Source: Candidatus Latescibacterota bacterium
Lineage (GTDB): Bacteria; Latescibacterota; UBA2968; UBA8231
Direction: 5' to 3'
Length of the DNA: 64,000 nt
Assembly: GCA_965208105.1 (NCBI GenBank)
Contig: OZ242318.1
Span: 3,744,001-3,808,000 of the forward strand
Part shown: positions 10,625 through 21,055 of the stretch, piece by piece
How the letters are laid out: every line of letters begins with the position of its first letter
Numbering within the stretch: position 1 is the first letter of the stretch
Notes under the pieces: model-generated
The model's database searches: none
The model's input: the letters and a program-made list of their open reading frames with translations, nothing else
Told to the model about the DNA's origin: nothing
Translations under genes and position numbers: made by a program

Positions 10625-11779
10625 ATGACGCTCCCAATAGCATTTGAGCTAGAGCGGTACACACATATTCCGGACATTTTTCCGGCAGACGATCACCGAA
10701 GCCCCGGTGTAAAGAGCCTGTTTTTTCAAAACGAAGAGTACTTGGCTAGGGAAACCCGCGTATTCGGGTGGATGGGAATGCCGTATCTGAGAGAAGGAGA
10801 CACCTGTCCGGCCATGGTTCTCGTGCACGGCGGCAGAGGGACCGCCTTCGACGAGTGGGTCAGGTTGTGGAATGGGAGAGGGTATGCGGCCATCGCCGTA
10901 GACCTCTGTGGTTGCGCACCGCGGATTCCCACTCCCCAAACCGGTATCAAGTACGACAGGCACGACTTCGCCGGACCGGAAGGTTGGGATGCGTCTTTCC
11001 AACAAATGCATCAAAAAACAGAAGACCAGTGGCAATTCCATGCCATTACCGCTCTCCTGCGCGCTCATACCATCATTGCCAACGCCGAGGGTGTCGATCC
11101 AGATCGAATCGGCATCACAGGCATCTCGTGGGGTGGATACCTGACCTGCCTGATGATGGGGATCGATCCCAGATACAAGGCGGCTATCCCCGTATACGGA
11201 TGTAGCTGCATGACCGACAGCATACGCCGGAGTATCAGCGGGCACCCCAGGCGACGGCAAGAAGAGATCGAAGAGTGGGGCAAGCGTTGGGATGCGATAC
11301 ACTATATCCCAAACGCGAGCATGCCTTCGCTGTGGATTACCGGAACTAATGATGGTGCTTATCCATTTGATTACTTCGCCAAGTCGTGTTCATGCGCGGC
11401 GGACCCGACGGTTTCCATGCGGGTTGAAATGCAGCACGGCCATGCCAATGGTTGGGCACCACACGAAATTCACCACTTCACCGACGCAATTTTTAGAGGG
11501 GGAGCGCCTCTGCCTCGGCATGTCGAAACGCGAGCAAACGCTGGGCGAATCGTCGCTCGGTTCGCGTCAGTGCGGCCCTTGATGGGCGCGGATTTCTGCT
11601 ATACGCGGGCTTCGGGCATGTGGACAGATCGGAAGTGGAACCAGGTCGCCGTCTCAGTCGAAGAGGAGGGAGCTCCTTATGAGGTGTCCGCCGAACTCCC
11701 GGCGGACACAACCGCGGCTTTCATAAATGTTTGGGACGACCGAGACTTGCTCGTCTCTTCAACTCATATCGAGCCATGA
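10625..11779 (+). CDS. Alpha/beta hydrolase (acetyl-xylan-esterase-like)
   Basis: VLVHGGRG, nucleophile elbow GISWGG, GTND and HGH candidate triad residues. Confidence 0.82.
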   Translation: MTLPIAFELERYTHIPDIFPADDHRSPGVKSLFFQNEEYLARETRVFGWMGMPYLREGDTCPAMVLVHGGRGTAFDEWVRLWNGRGYAAIAVDLCGCAPRIPTPQTGIKYDRHDFAGPEGWDASFQQMHQKTEDQWQFHAITALLRAHTIIANAEGVDPDRIGITGISWGGYLTCLMMGIDPRYKAAIPVYGCSCMTDSIRRSISGHPRRRQEEIEEWGKRWDAIHYIPNASMPSLWITGTNDGAYPFDYFAKSCSCAADPTVSMRVEMQHGHANGWAPHEIHHFTDAIFRGGAPLPRHVETRANAGRIVARFASVRPLMGADFCYTRASGMWTDRKWNQVAVSVEEEGAPYEVSAELPADTTAAFINVWDDRDLLVSSTHIEP

Positions 11780-12017
11780 CTGAAACAGTAATCCACAAAA
11801 GCCGACTGTTGGCCACGGCCACATCCTTCATCGATCTCACCAGAGAAAGGACCTGCTGCGTCGTCGATGGTTCACTGGAAGCCATGGCGGATCTCGAGAT
11901 GGTCGGGAAGGGCAAGCCAACCTTCGATTTCGCCGTACTTCCCAGACGCACAGCGCCACTTCGACAAAGCGACCCCAACAGGGGAGGTGACAAGTGGCTG
12001 CTGACCAAGTCGAGTCC

Positions 12018-12362
12018 CGGACCGTGTCAAGAGAAATGAGACACCTCGCGTGAATTTTACTGACGAATCTGGTCGCATTCGATGGTGTTATTTGGTTGGT
12101 TGATCCAGACTTCGCTGGGGACTTTTGGTGGTTGAGGTTTACCATTGACGAAGCGCTCGGGATGCCTGCTGTAAGCGTTATCCAGGACATGCTTCCGCAT
12201 CGCTTGGAGTTCATTGGTCAGGCCATGGTGCACGGCGTCGGGGGTGAGAAACCCCAGGCCGCTGCGACGGTGATCGGTGTTGTACCAGGCGAAGAAGTTT
12301 CGACAGTAAGTCTGTGCGTCCTCGGGGCAACAGAAGCGACCCGGGTACGCCGAGCGGTAATC
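12018..12362 (-). mobile_element. IS3-family remnant: transposase C-terminus plus one terminal repeat
   Basis: YPGRF...FFAWYNTDHRRSGLGFLTPDAVH...AYSRHPERFV...VWINQP, followed by TGTCTCATTTCTCTTGACACGGTCCG-type end; the rest of the element is absent. Confidence 0.8.
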
Positions 12363-12364
12363 GC

Positions 12365-15300
12365 ATGATGTCTTCCCGCCGCGGAAAACCGCCCCTTCCG
12401 GGCTCAACCTCCGGTCTTTTTCTCAGCTCCCCCCACGCCGACCAGGTATCCACCCTGAAGCGCCTGATCGACTCGGTGCGCCAGGGGGATCCCCTGTCTC
12501 CCCTGACGGTGGTGGGACCATCCATCTACGCCAACCTGGCCCTGCGCCGCGCCCTGGGGCGCTCGGGATTCGCCAACCTCAGGTTCTGGTTGCTTCCCTG
12601 GATTTCCGAGTCCCTGGGGGCCCCATCCCTCGCCGCCCGCGGGCGCCGGCCGCTGACCTCGATTATTGAAAGCGCCTCCCTGCGGGCGGCTCTTGCCACG
12701 GGCTCCGGTGTCCTCTCCGAGCTGCGCTCTCACCCTTCGTCCATCCGCAGCCTCCGCAACACCTTCCGCCAGATCCGCCATGCCGGCGACGGGGCCCTGG
12801 ACCGCCTGGGCGGCCGCGGCCGGCTGCAGCGGGAGGTGGTCGAGCTCTACCGGAGGTTCCGGCGCCGGACCCGGGACTACTACGACTCGGAGGACCTTGC
12901 CCGTGCCGCCGCCGCGGCGGTTGACGGAGGGATTGCCCCGGCGCTGGCCGACCTGGGGTTCGTCCTGTTCTATTCAATCCGGTCTTTGAGCCCGGGGGAA
13001 CGGGCCCTGGTTCAGTCCCTGGCGCAGAGGGGTGGCTGCGCAGTGATCCTGGGTCTGAGCGGCGACCCCGAGGCCGATGAACCATTGGCGAGCCTGGCCG
13101 ACGACCTTTCATCCTTTCTCGGCAGCCCGGAGCGCCTGGGAGCGGCCGGCGGCGGCCACCACCCGGCCCCAGCCGGGGCAGGCAGGCGGCTCCTCGTAGC
13201 CCCGGACCCCCACGAGGAGGTCCGGTGGGTGATCAGGCAGTTGGCCCGGCGGGCGGAGGAGGGAATGCCCTTCCACCGCATGGCGGTGCTCTACGGAGCC
13301 AGGTCACCCTACGCGGCCCTGGTAAGAGAGGAGCTGGAGCTCGCCCATATCCCGGCATCCGGACCCGACTCCACGCCCCTTTCCAGGTCTGCCGCCGGCA
13401 GGACACTCGAAGGTCTCCTGGATCTGTGCGGCAGCGATTTCAAGCGCGGCGAGGTTATGGCTTGGCTCATGGGCTGTCCGCTGCGCCTGCCCGGCGGGCA
13501 GGACGACGGCCGCTTCAGTCCCAGCCAATGGGACGCCCTGTCGAGGAAGGCCGGGGTCGTCAGCGAAGTCTCCCAGTGGACCGAGCGCCTGGGACGCTAC
13601 GCCGGGGACCTCCGGCGCTCCTCCGCCGCCTCGAGGCGGAGGGAGGAAATCTCTCCGGCACAGGAGTCCCTGATGAAGAGGGAGGCGGGGGCCGCCATGG
13701 GTCTGGCCCGGTTCGTGAAATCCCTGGAGGCGGATCTCAGCCCCCCAGGAGCCGGATCCTCAGGGGGCCTCTCCTGGGAAGACTACTCCCGGTGGGGAAA
13801 CGATTTGCTGGACCGCTACCTGGCGAGCTCAGACCGGTTGCCAGAACAGGAGCAGACAGCCCTGGAAAAAATCAGGGAAATCCTGGAGGGGATTGCCGCG
13901 GCCGGGGAGGTTCATCCCGCCCCGACCCTGGACCTCTTCAAGCAGGCCGTTTCCGATGAATTGCGGGCGCCGGTGGGCCGCTCCGGACCGACCGGGCAGG
14001 GGGTGTTCGTGGGAGGCATTGCCTCCTCGGCCGGTATGAGCTTCGACTTCATCCAGGTGGTGGGAATGATCGACGGAGCGGTGCCCTCCCGTGCCGGCGA
14101 CGATCCGCTGCTCCCCGACCGGGAGCGGCAGGCCGCAGGCGGACCGGCGGTGGGGCTCCCTCTGCAGCAGGAGAGGCTGGCCGAGGAAAGGCTGGTCTTC
14201 CAATCCGCTCTCTCCTCGGCTCCCGAGGTCGTCCTCTCCTTTCCCCGCGCCGACCCGGCGGCGCAGCGCGCCTGTCAGCCTTCACCATGGTTCACCGAAC
14301 AGGCCTCGGCCCTCGAGGGATCGGGGCTTCACACCTCCGGCCTGTGGTCCCTCGACCGGCGCGAATGGCTCACGGTCCTGCGGTCGATGGAGGATTTCCA
14401 GCACCCGGGCGCCGCTGCCGCCCCGGCCGATCTCCACGACTACGATCTTCAATGGCTGTGGCGCTGGAAGCAAGCCGGAAGGGAAACGCGGGACCATCCC
14501 CTGGCAAAATCAGGCCTCCTGAGGAGAACCCTGGAGCTCGGCGTCGGCAGGTACGCCAGCGGGAATTTCACCGAATGGGACGGCAATGTCTCAGGCGCGG
14601 CGGAGAAGGCGATGTTGGCCGGGAGATTGGAGGAATCCCCCCTGTCTCCCACCAGCCTGGAGCAATGGGCGGTCTGCCCCTTTCGCTACTTCATGAGCCA
14701 TGTGCTGGGCATCGGCGGCATGGAAGATCCGGAGGAGGTCTATTCCATCACCCCGCTGGACAGGGGCGCGCTGGTGCACGAGATCCTGCAGAAGTTCCTC
14801 GCCGGGGTGATCGAAGACGGCGACCTGCCCGGGCCCGAAGAGGGGTGGAGCGCCAGGCACCGCCGCACCCTGGAGCGGGCCGCCGAAGCCGGCTTCAGCC
14901 AGGCCGAGGCCGAGGGCAGGACGGGGCGGGCATTGATGTGGAACCTGGATAAGCAGAACATCCTCGACGACCTGCACGGCTTTCTGGAGGAGGACTCGAC
15001 CCTTCGCCAGCGGTTCGGAATCTCTCCCGCCCACCTGGAGGCCAGCTTCGGCATGGGCGGCGGTTCCTGGCCATCACCGGAGCTGAAGCTAGGCGGGCAT
15101 GAATCCCTCCGCTTCCGGGGCTACATCGACCGGGTGGACGCCGACGAGGCCGGCGCGCAACTGCTGGTCATGGACTACAAGACCGGAACCAAGGCGGCCT
15201 ACACCGGCCTGGGTGACGATCCCATAAACAAGGGCAGGAATCTCCAGTTGGCGGTCTACTCCCTGGCGGCACGCAATGCGCTGGGGTCCGGTGCCAGGGT

Positions 15301-15607
15301 GCAGGCCGCATACTGGTTCGTCACCGGCCCCGGCGGATTCGCCCTCCTACCCGAAGAGCCGGTGGACATTTCCGACGCCGACACCCTGGAGCGCCTGAAG
15401 GAGGGCGTCGCCGTCATCGCTGCCGGCATCGGGAGCGGCCTGTTTCCGGCAAACCCCGGAGCGCCCGGATGGGAAGGCTTCGGAAACTGCCGCCACTGCG
15501 AGTTCGACACCTTGTGCCCTTCGCGCCGGGATGCCCTGTGGGCCAGGAAGAAGGACCATCCCCTCCTGGCCCCATACCTCGGATTGTCGGGGGAGGATTC
15601 GGGGTGA
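12365..15607 (+). CDS. addB: AddB-like subunit: inactive helicase scaffold plus PD-(D/E)XK nuclease with Fe-S cysteines
   Basis: LSPTSLE...CPF, RGYIDRVD...MDYKTG, LQLAVY, CRHCEFDTLC; overlaps the addA start (GTGA). Confidence 0.8.
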   Translation: MMSSRRGKPPLPGSTSGLFLSSPHADQVSTLKRLIDSVRQGDPLSPLTVVGPSIYANLALRRALGRSGFANLRFWLLPWISESLGAPSLAARGRRPLTSIIESASLRAALATGSGVLSELRSHPSSIRSLRNTFRQIRHAGDGALDRLGGRGRLQREVVELYRRFRRRTRDYYDSEDLARAAAAAVDGGIAPALADLGFVLFYSIRSLSPGERALVQSLAQRGGCAVILGLSGDPEADEPLASLADDLSSFLGSPERLGAAGGGHHPAPAGAGRRLLVAPDPHEEVRWVIRQLARRAEEGMPFHRMAVLYGARSPYAALVREELELAHIPASGPDSTPLSRSAAGRTLEGLLDLCGSDFKRGEVMAWLMGCPLRLPGGQDDGRFSPSQWDALSRKAGVVSEVSQWTERLGRYAGDLRRSSAASRRREEISPAQESLMKREAGAAMGLARFVKSLEADLSPPGAGSSGGLSWEDYSRWGNDLLDRYLASSDRLPEQEQTALEKIREILEGIAAAGEVHPAPTLDLFKQAVSDELRAPVGRSGPTGQGVFVGGIASSAGMSFDFIQVVGMIDGAVPSRAGDDPLLPDRERQAAGGPAVGLPLQQERLAEERLVFQSALSSAPEVVLSFPRADPAAQRACQPSPWFTEQASALEGSGLHTSGLWSLDRREWLTVLRSMEDFQHPGAAAAPADLHDYDLQWLWRWKQAGRETRDHPLAKSGLLRRTLELGVGRYASGNFTEWDGNVSGAAEKAMLAGRLEESPLSPTSLEQWAVCPFRYFMSHVLGIGGMEDPEEVYSITPLDRGALVHEILQKFLAGVIEDGDLPGPEEGWSARHRRTLERAAEAGFSQAEAEGRTGRALMWNLDKQNILDDLHGFLEEDSTLRQRFGISPAHLEASFGMGGGSWPSPELKLGGHESLRFRGYIDRVDADEAGAQLLVMDYKTGTKAAYTGLGDDPINKGRNLQLAVYSLAARNALGSGARVQAAYWFVTGPGGFALLPEEPVDISDADTLERLKEGVAVIAAGIGSGLFPANPGAPGWEGFGNCRHCEFDTLCPSRRDALWARKKDHPLLAPYLGLSGEDSG

Positions 15608-18600
15608 GCGCCGTCTTCGCACCCCGGGACGAGGAGGTGCGCCGGCGCATCCGCCGGTCCCTGGAGGAGTCCCTGTTCGTCGAGGCCGGCGCCGGCACCG
15701 GCAAGACCGCCAGCCTGGTCGACCGGGTGCTGACCCTGGTCACTTCAGGTACGGCCACCCTCGACAGGATCGCGGTCATCACCTTCACCGAGGCCGCCGC
15801 GGTGGAGCTGCGCGACCGCATCCGCGAGAGGCTGGAGAAGCCTGGCACCGGCCTGAGCCCGGAAGAGGAAGACCGGATTGCCCGCGCCCTCGGCGATCTC
15901 GACAGGGCCGCCATCCAGACCCTGCACGGCTTCGCCGCCTCGATCCTGAGAGAGCGCCCGCTGGAAGCGGGACTGCCTCCGGTTTTCGATACCCTCGACC
16001 CCATCCAGGGCGACCTGGATTTCGAGGAGGCCTGGACGGAATGGGTGGACCGGGCCCTGGATGCGCCCGAGCTCACGGATTGCCTCTCGCTGGCCTTCTC
16101 CCTGGGCCTGACCCTGGCCCAAATCCGCAAGGTGGCCACGGCCTTCCACGAAAACTACGACAGGTTGGAGACTGCCGGCTTCCCCGGCTCTCCCATGCCT
16201 CCGCCGTCCGCCGTTTCCGGACTGAAGGATTCCGCACCCGAGCTCGAGCGGCTGTGCCGGTACTCGAAGATAGGGGCTGGCGACCTGCTCTATGGCCACG
16301 TTCGGGGGCTGCTGCGCTCGATCCGCAGGTTCGGCGAGGCGGATCCCGGCTCGACCTCCGCCTACCGCCGGCTCCAGAGGATCTCCATCCGGCAAAGCCG
16401 CGGCAGGCAAGCGGATTGGGACCTGGATCCGGTAACCGAGGTCAACGCATGCAAGCGCCTCAAGGAGCTGCTCAAGGACCTGGATACTGCCGCCGGGGAG
16501 GAGCTCGACCGGGTCCGGGGCTCCGCCATCACCGGGATTCTACGTGCCCTGAGAAAGTTTGCGCTGGACTCCGCCCAGCGCCGCAGGTCCAGCGGGGTTG
16601 CGGGCTTCCACGACCTGCTGGTCTGGGCCCGGAACCTGCTTCGTGACGACCTCGAAGTGCGGGACCACTTCCGCCGCCGCTACTCCCACCTGCTGATGGA
16701 CGAGGCCCAGGACACCGACCCCATCCAGGCCGAGATCGCCATGTTCATCGCCGAGGACGACCCGGGCAACCGCGCCGAAGACCGGCCCCGGCACTGGGGC
16801 GAGGTGACCCCCCGGGCCGGAAAACTGTTCGTCGTCGGCGATCCCAAGCAGAGCATCTACCGCTTCCGCCGCGCCGACGTAACCCAGATGGCTGAACTGC
16901 AGCACCGGATGGGAGGTGAGACCCTCCACCTGCAGCAGAACTTCCGTTCCCAGCGGCCGCTGTTGGAGTGGGTCAACGCCGTGTTCGAGCCCTGGATGGG
17001 GCAGGGATTCCGGCAGGCGCGCTACGTGAGCCTCCAACCCCGGTGGGAGGCGGCCACGGACCACCCGGCAAAGCCCGGGGTCTGGTCCCTGGGTGGCCCG
17101 ACGGACGGCAGCCTCGACGAGGTCAGGAAAGCAGAGGCGGAGACCATCGCAGGACTCCTGAGAACAATGGCCGTGGACCAGTGGCAGGTGCTGGATCAGG
17201 AGGCGACCGCGGCAGCGGGCGCCGAGCGCTACCGCGGCGCAACCTTTTCCGACATCTGCATCCTCATGCCGCGGCGCACCGGTCTCAGAACCCTGGAGCA
17301 GGCCATGGAGGAGGCAGACATCCCGTTCAGGCTGGAGGGGGCGTCTCTCGTCTTTGCCACCCAGGAGATCCGCGATCTGCTCAACTGCCTGAAGGCCATC
17401 GACGATCCGGCCGACCAGGTGGCCACCGTGGCGGCGCTGCGCTCTCCCGCCTTCGCCTGCTCCGACGTCGATCTGCTGCGCTTCACCGAGGCCGGGGGGA
17501 AGTTCGAATACCTGGGCGAGCCCCGGTCGAAGGCGGGGGATTCGGGAGGCCCCGTCAGGGAAGCCATGGGCGTGCTGCGCCGGTTTCACCTGCAGCGGAT
17601 GTGGGTGTCCCCGCCCGCCCTGATCGACCGCTTCATCCGGGACCGGTTGCTGATGCAGGCAGCCGTCGACCATCCCCGCACCCGGGAGCAGTGGCGCAGG
17701 TACCGCTTCATGGTGGACCAGGCCCGCGCCTTCACCGAGGCCGGAGGAGACTCGCTGCGAGCCTTCCTGCAATGGATGGAGCGCCAGGCATCGGAGGGGG
17801 CCCGGGTAAACGAGTCTCCCGCGCCCGAGGCCGACGAGGAGGCGGTGCGCATCATGACCGTCCACGGGGCCAAGGGGCTCGAGTTTCCCATCGTCCTGCT
17901 CATGGGTCTGAATGCGGCCGGTCGGGCGTCGCCAGGAGAGGTGTTGTTTGACCGAGAGAACAATGGGATGGAAGTTTGCGCAGGCCCCGGGAGGCGGAAA
18001 TTCGCCACCCCGGGCTACGATGCCCAGGCCGAGCGGGAGAAACGGCTGGCCGAGGACGAACACGTCAGGCTGCTCTACGTCGCCGCCACCCGGGCCCGGG
18101 ACCACCTGGTGTTGAGCATGTGCCGCCGCACCTCGGACAGGGATGATACGGACGCGGGGAAGATAGCGGCGATTCTCGATGGACAGGACGACCTCTGGAG
18201 AGAGGCGCCGGCAGGCGAGGCAGTTGCTCCCCCGGACAGGGGCGCACCCGGGCCCGGGGATCACCTCCGCCGGGCAAAGGACCTTGCCCGAGCCGGCGGT
18301 ACCCCCTCCGGACTCACCCTGCGGGACCGGCAGGACTGGATCGAGCGCCGGGTGCGGCTGCTGCGGGACCGCAGCAGGCCCGTTTCCGTCGCCGCCACCG
18401 GGCTCGCACGGGAGTTGCGCGAGGAACTCCTCGCCGGGGAGCCCTGGAAGCGCGGGCGCGGAGGCACTTCCATCGGCCGCGCCGTTCACGCGGCGCTCCA
18501 GAGCATCGACCTGTCCACCGGCGCCGCCATCGACGAGACCGCTCGCGTCAAGGCGGCGGCGGAGGGAATCCCGCGGCGCTGGTCCAAGGTTGCGGAACTG

Positions 18601-19020
18601 GTGCGGACGGCGGTACGCAGCCCTGCCGTGGGCAGGGCGATGGCGGCCCCGAGGTTCTGGCGCGAGGTGCCCGTGGCAATCCCGGTGGGCGAAGGGGTGC
18701 TGGAGGGTTTCGTCGATTTGCTGTTCGAGGAGGAGGGGGGCCTGGTCCTGGTGGACTACAAGACCGACACCGTCGACTCCGAGCACCTTGAAGGTGCGAA
18801 GCAAAGGTACCGGCTGCAGGGAGGGGCCTACGCCCTGGCTCTTCGCAAGGCAACCGGCATGCCGGTGAAGGAGGTAATCTTTCTCTTCCTCCACGCCGAT
18901 CACCCCGAGACCATGACCGACGTGGACGAAATGAGCGCCGACGCCGAGGCAAGGGCGAGGCAGTACCTCGAGGGCGGGGAGGGGGACCTGCCCGGTTCAT
19001 ACTTTGGTGAGGCCGGGTAG
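15604..19020 (+). CDS. addA: AddA-like UvrD helicase-nuclease
   Basis: EAGAGTGKT, ITFTEAAA, DEAQD, VGDPKQSIYRFRRAD, QNFRS, TVHGAKGLEF, LLYVAATRA, GFVDLL..VDYKT. Confidence 0.9.
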   Translation: MSAVFAPRDEEVRRRIRRSLEESLFVEAGAGTGKTASLVDRVLTLVTSGTATLDRIAVITFTEAAAVELRDRIRERLEKPGTGLSPEEEDRIARALGDLDRAAIQTLHGFAASILRERPLEAGLPPVFDTLDPIQGDLDFEEAWTEWVDRALDAPELTDCLSLAFSLGLTLAQIRKVATAFHENYDRLETAGFPGSPMPPPSAVSGLKDSAPELERLCRYSKIGAGDLLYGHVRGLLRSIRRFGEADPGSTSAYRRLQRISIRQSRGRQADWDLDPVTEVNACKRLKELLKDLDTAAGEELDRVRGSAITGILRALRKFALDSAQRRRSSGVAGFHDLLVWARNLLRDDLEVRDHFRRRYSHLLMDEAQDTDPIQAEIAMFIAEDDPGNRAEDRPRHWGEVTPRAGKLFVVGDPKQSIYRFRRADVTQMAELQHRMGGETLHLQQNFRSQRPLLEWVNAVFEPWMGQGFRQARYVSLQPRWEAATDHPAKPGVWSLGGPTDGSLDEVRKAEAETIAGLLRTMAVDQWQVLDQEATAAAGAERYRGATFSDICILMPRRTGLRTLEQAMEEADIPFRLEGASLVFATQEIRDLLNCLKAIDDPADQVATVAALRSPAFACSDVDLLRFTEAGGKFEYLGEPRSKAGDSGGPVREAMGVLRRFHLQRMWVSPPALIDRFIRDRLLMQAAVDHPRTREQWRRYRFMVDQARAFTEAGGDSLRAFLQWMERQASEGARVNESPAPEADEEAVRIMTVHGAKGLEFPIVLLMGLNAAGRASPGEVLFDRENNGMEVCAGPGRRKFATPGYDAQAEREKRLAEDEHVRLLYVAATRARDHLVLSMCRRTSDRDDTDAGKIAAILDGQDDLWREAPAGEAVAPPDRGAPGPGDHLRRAKDLARAGGTPSGLTLRDRQDWIERRVRLLRDRSRPVSVAATGLARELREELLAGEPWKRGRGGTSIGRAVHAALQSIDLSTGAAIDETARVKAAAEGIPRRWSKVAELVRTAVRSPAVGRAMAAPRFWREVPVAIPVGEGVLEGFVDLLFEEEGGLVLVDYKTDTVDSEHLEGAKQRYRLQGGAYALALRKATGMPVKEVIFLFLHADHPETMTDVDEMSADAEARARQYLEGGEGDLPGSYFGEAG

Positions 19021-19051
19021 GGCGGTTTCCGGAAAATTCAGCAGGCCCGCT

Positions 19052-20893
19052 CTAGTCGTCGTCTTCGCGCTCGCTGAGCAGTTCGCCGCGCTGCAGGCGC
19101 TCCGCATTCTGGGTGGACCAGAGGATGTTCTTCATCACCTTCTGGGCGGTGATGTAGCGGGTGGCCGCCAGCAGATGGACCCGCTTTTCCTCAGGATCGG
19201 TGCTCAGGTCGTAGTGCCGGAAGGCGGCTTCGAGCACCTGAAACATGTGCAGCTCGGCGTCTTCGCGGAGCATGACGTGGGCAAGAGCGTGGCGCAGTCT
19301 CGTGATGTCCCGGCCCTCCTCGAGATACTGGCTGACCAGGAGTTCGGCCTCGAAGACCTTCTGAAAATCGGCCAGTTCACCCAGGCGCCCGAGCATGGCC
19401 TCATCCGAGGCGAAGTCCTCGCCGATGCGCTGGCCGTGCTGCGGCACGCGGGCTGCGGGCATGTTGAGCCAGCGCAGGTAGGTCATAAAGACGGCGCCGT
19501 GGAAGATGGCGCGCAGCAGCGCCTTGCTGGAAGCGTAGTGGAAGGCGCGGTAGAGGGCGTGGGCGTAGGAGTAGATGTTGGCTACGTCGTGCCAGTCTCC
19601 CTCGTTTTTCAGGTGGAAGCGCAGGGTGCGGACAGCGCCGGCGTAGGTCATGGCGCGGCAGATCTCGGTGGGGGGGACGCCGGCGCGCAGGGCTTCCTCG
19701 ATGCGGGCGATGATCGGCGCGAAGTCGTCGCCGAGCATGACCTGGGCGAATTCGGAGATTTCGAGGGAGGCATGGTTGCGCCGGTTCTCCTCCCAGATTT
19801 CGTCCAGGCGCGAGAAGGTATCCTCCAGCGCGGGCAGGCTGTCGGCCCAGCGCGAGGTTTCCTCGTGGCGGGTGCGGCTCACCAGGTCGACGACGATGGG
19901 GCGCAGGATTTCGTGGCCTCCCTGCCATTGGACGTAGTCCAGGGCTTCGAACATTTTGTTGGCGAAGTCGAGGGCGTGGCCGTCGCCGGTGAAGTAGAAG
20001 TCGGTGGCGGCGGTGAAGACGAAGTCGGCGAGGATGTCCCGGCCGCAGTCGCGGTCGCGCAGGGTGAGGAGGATGCGCTCGGCGGCGCCGTGGTGGCGCT
20101 GGTCCACGAAGGTGCGGAACCAGCGCTTCAAGGTCTCCAGGTCCTGGTCGGCCTCGGTGCGGGGGAAGGGAAACCGCTGGCGCCGCGAGGAGCCCGAGGT
20201 GCGCGCGGCGATCTGGCTCAGGCCGTGGACCAGGAAGAGGTTCTGGTCCTCCGGGGCGATGTCGTCCCAGAGATTCGCCGCCAGGGTGAGTATGGCCAGG
20301 CCCGAGGACCATCCCTCGCTGGTCTTGTGCGCACCGTAGTAGATCCCCTGCTGAATGATTTCCCGCGGCGTGGCGCCGGTCTGGCGCAGGGCGGCGACCG
20401 CCTTGGCGATGAGGAAGGAGCTGCGGTCCTTCAGCCCCTGTTCGAGGGCGCGCTTGCCGCGGGCGACCAGCCGCCTCCTGGCGTCCTCCCTTTCGCCCGG
20501 CGGGATGCCGACCCAGGCATGGCCGTCGTCGCGGACCTCCACCGGGAAGGCCCTGAGGTCGTCGCCCGAGGTCAGCAGGCAGCCTCCGGTCTTGAGGTCG
20601 AATTCCCAGTGGTGCCAGTGGCAGATCAGAACCCCGTCGCGGATGCTGCCCTTGGACATGGGGTAGCCCATGTGAGGGCAGCGGTTGTCGACCGCCTGCA
20701 ACTCCCCCTTGTAGAGAAAAACGGCAAGGTGGGTGCCGTCGACGGTGAAGGGCCTGCCCTCGCCTTCGGTGAACTCGGCGGCGGGGGCAAGGCGGTGGTA
20801 GACGCAGCTCGAAGAATCCAGGTCAGGGGGTGAGGAGCCTTCGAATTGCCGGTGCGCGGCGCTCTTCTCTTCGACGCCGGGGATCGTGGACAA
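19052..20893 (-). CDS. Rieske [2Fe-2S] domain protein with long helical C-terminal domain
   Basis: NRCPHMGYP...ICHWHHWEF; start at TTG 20893 after AAGGAGG. Confidence 0.8.
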   Translation of the reverse strand: MSTIPGVEEKSAAHRQFEGSSPPDLDSSSCVYHRLAPAAEFTEGEGRPFTVDGTHLAVFLYKGELQAVDNRCPHMGYPMSKGSIRDGVLICHWHHWEFDLKTGGCLLTSGDDLRAFPVEVRDDGHAWVGIPPGEREDARRRLVARGKRALEQGLKDRSSFLIAKAVAALRQTGATPREIIQQGIYYGAHKTSEGWSSGLAILTLAANLWDDIAPEDQNLFLVHGLSQIAARTSGSSRRQRFPFPRTEADQDLETLKRWFRTFVDQRHHGAAERILLTLRDRDCGRDILADFVFTAATDFYFTGDGHALDFANKMFEALDYVQWQGGHEILRPIVVDLVSRTRHEETSRWADSLPALEDTFSRLDEIWEENRRNHASLEISEFAQVMLGDDFAPIIARIEEALRAGVPPTEICRAMTYAGAVRTLRFHLKNEGDWHDVANIYSYAHALYRAFHYASSKALLRAIFHGAVFMTYLRWLNMPAARVPQHGQRIGEDFASDEAMLGRLGELADFQKVFEAELLVSQYLEEGRDITRLRHALAHVMLREDAELHMFQVLEAAFRHYDLSTDPEEKRVHLLAATRYITAQKVMKNILWSTQNAERLQRGELLSEREDDD

Positions 20894-21055
20894 GACGCTG
20901 CCTCCTTGGGGGAGTGGACCGCACTTTGACCCGTCAATATACTCAACCGCGGTATGCGGCGCTATCTGCCGGTAGCGGCCGGGGGCTTGTCCATCGGATC
21001 GAAGTGGAACAAATTCAATCCCCGGGCGTTTCGGAATAAAGGAAGGAAACAGGTT

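Noticed and set aside
11776-12017. ORF MTETVIHK... coupled to the esterase stop codon
   Set aside because: No recognisable family and cut by the IS3 end; probably debris.
12365-15607. Cas4 or CRISPR-associated nuclease
   Set aside because: The Fe-S nuclease domain is the AddB C-terminus; no CRISPR array or cas genes were seen anywhere in the window.
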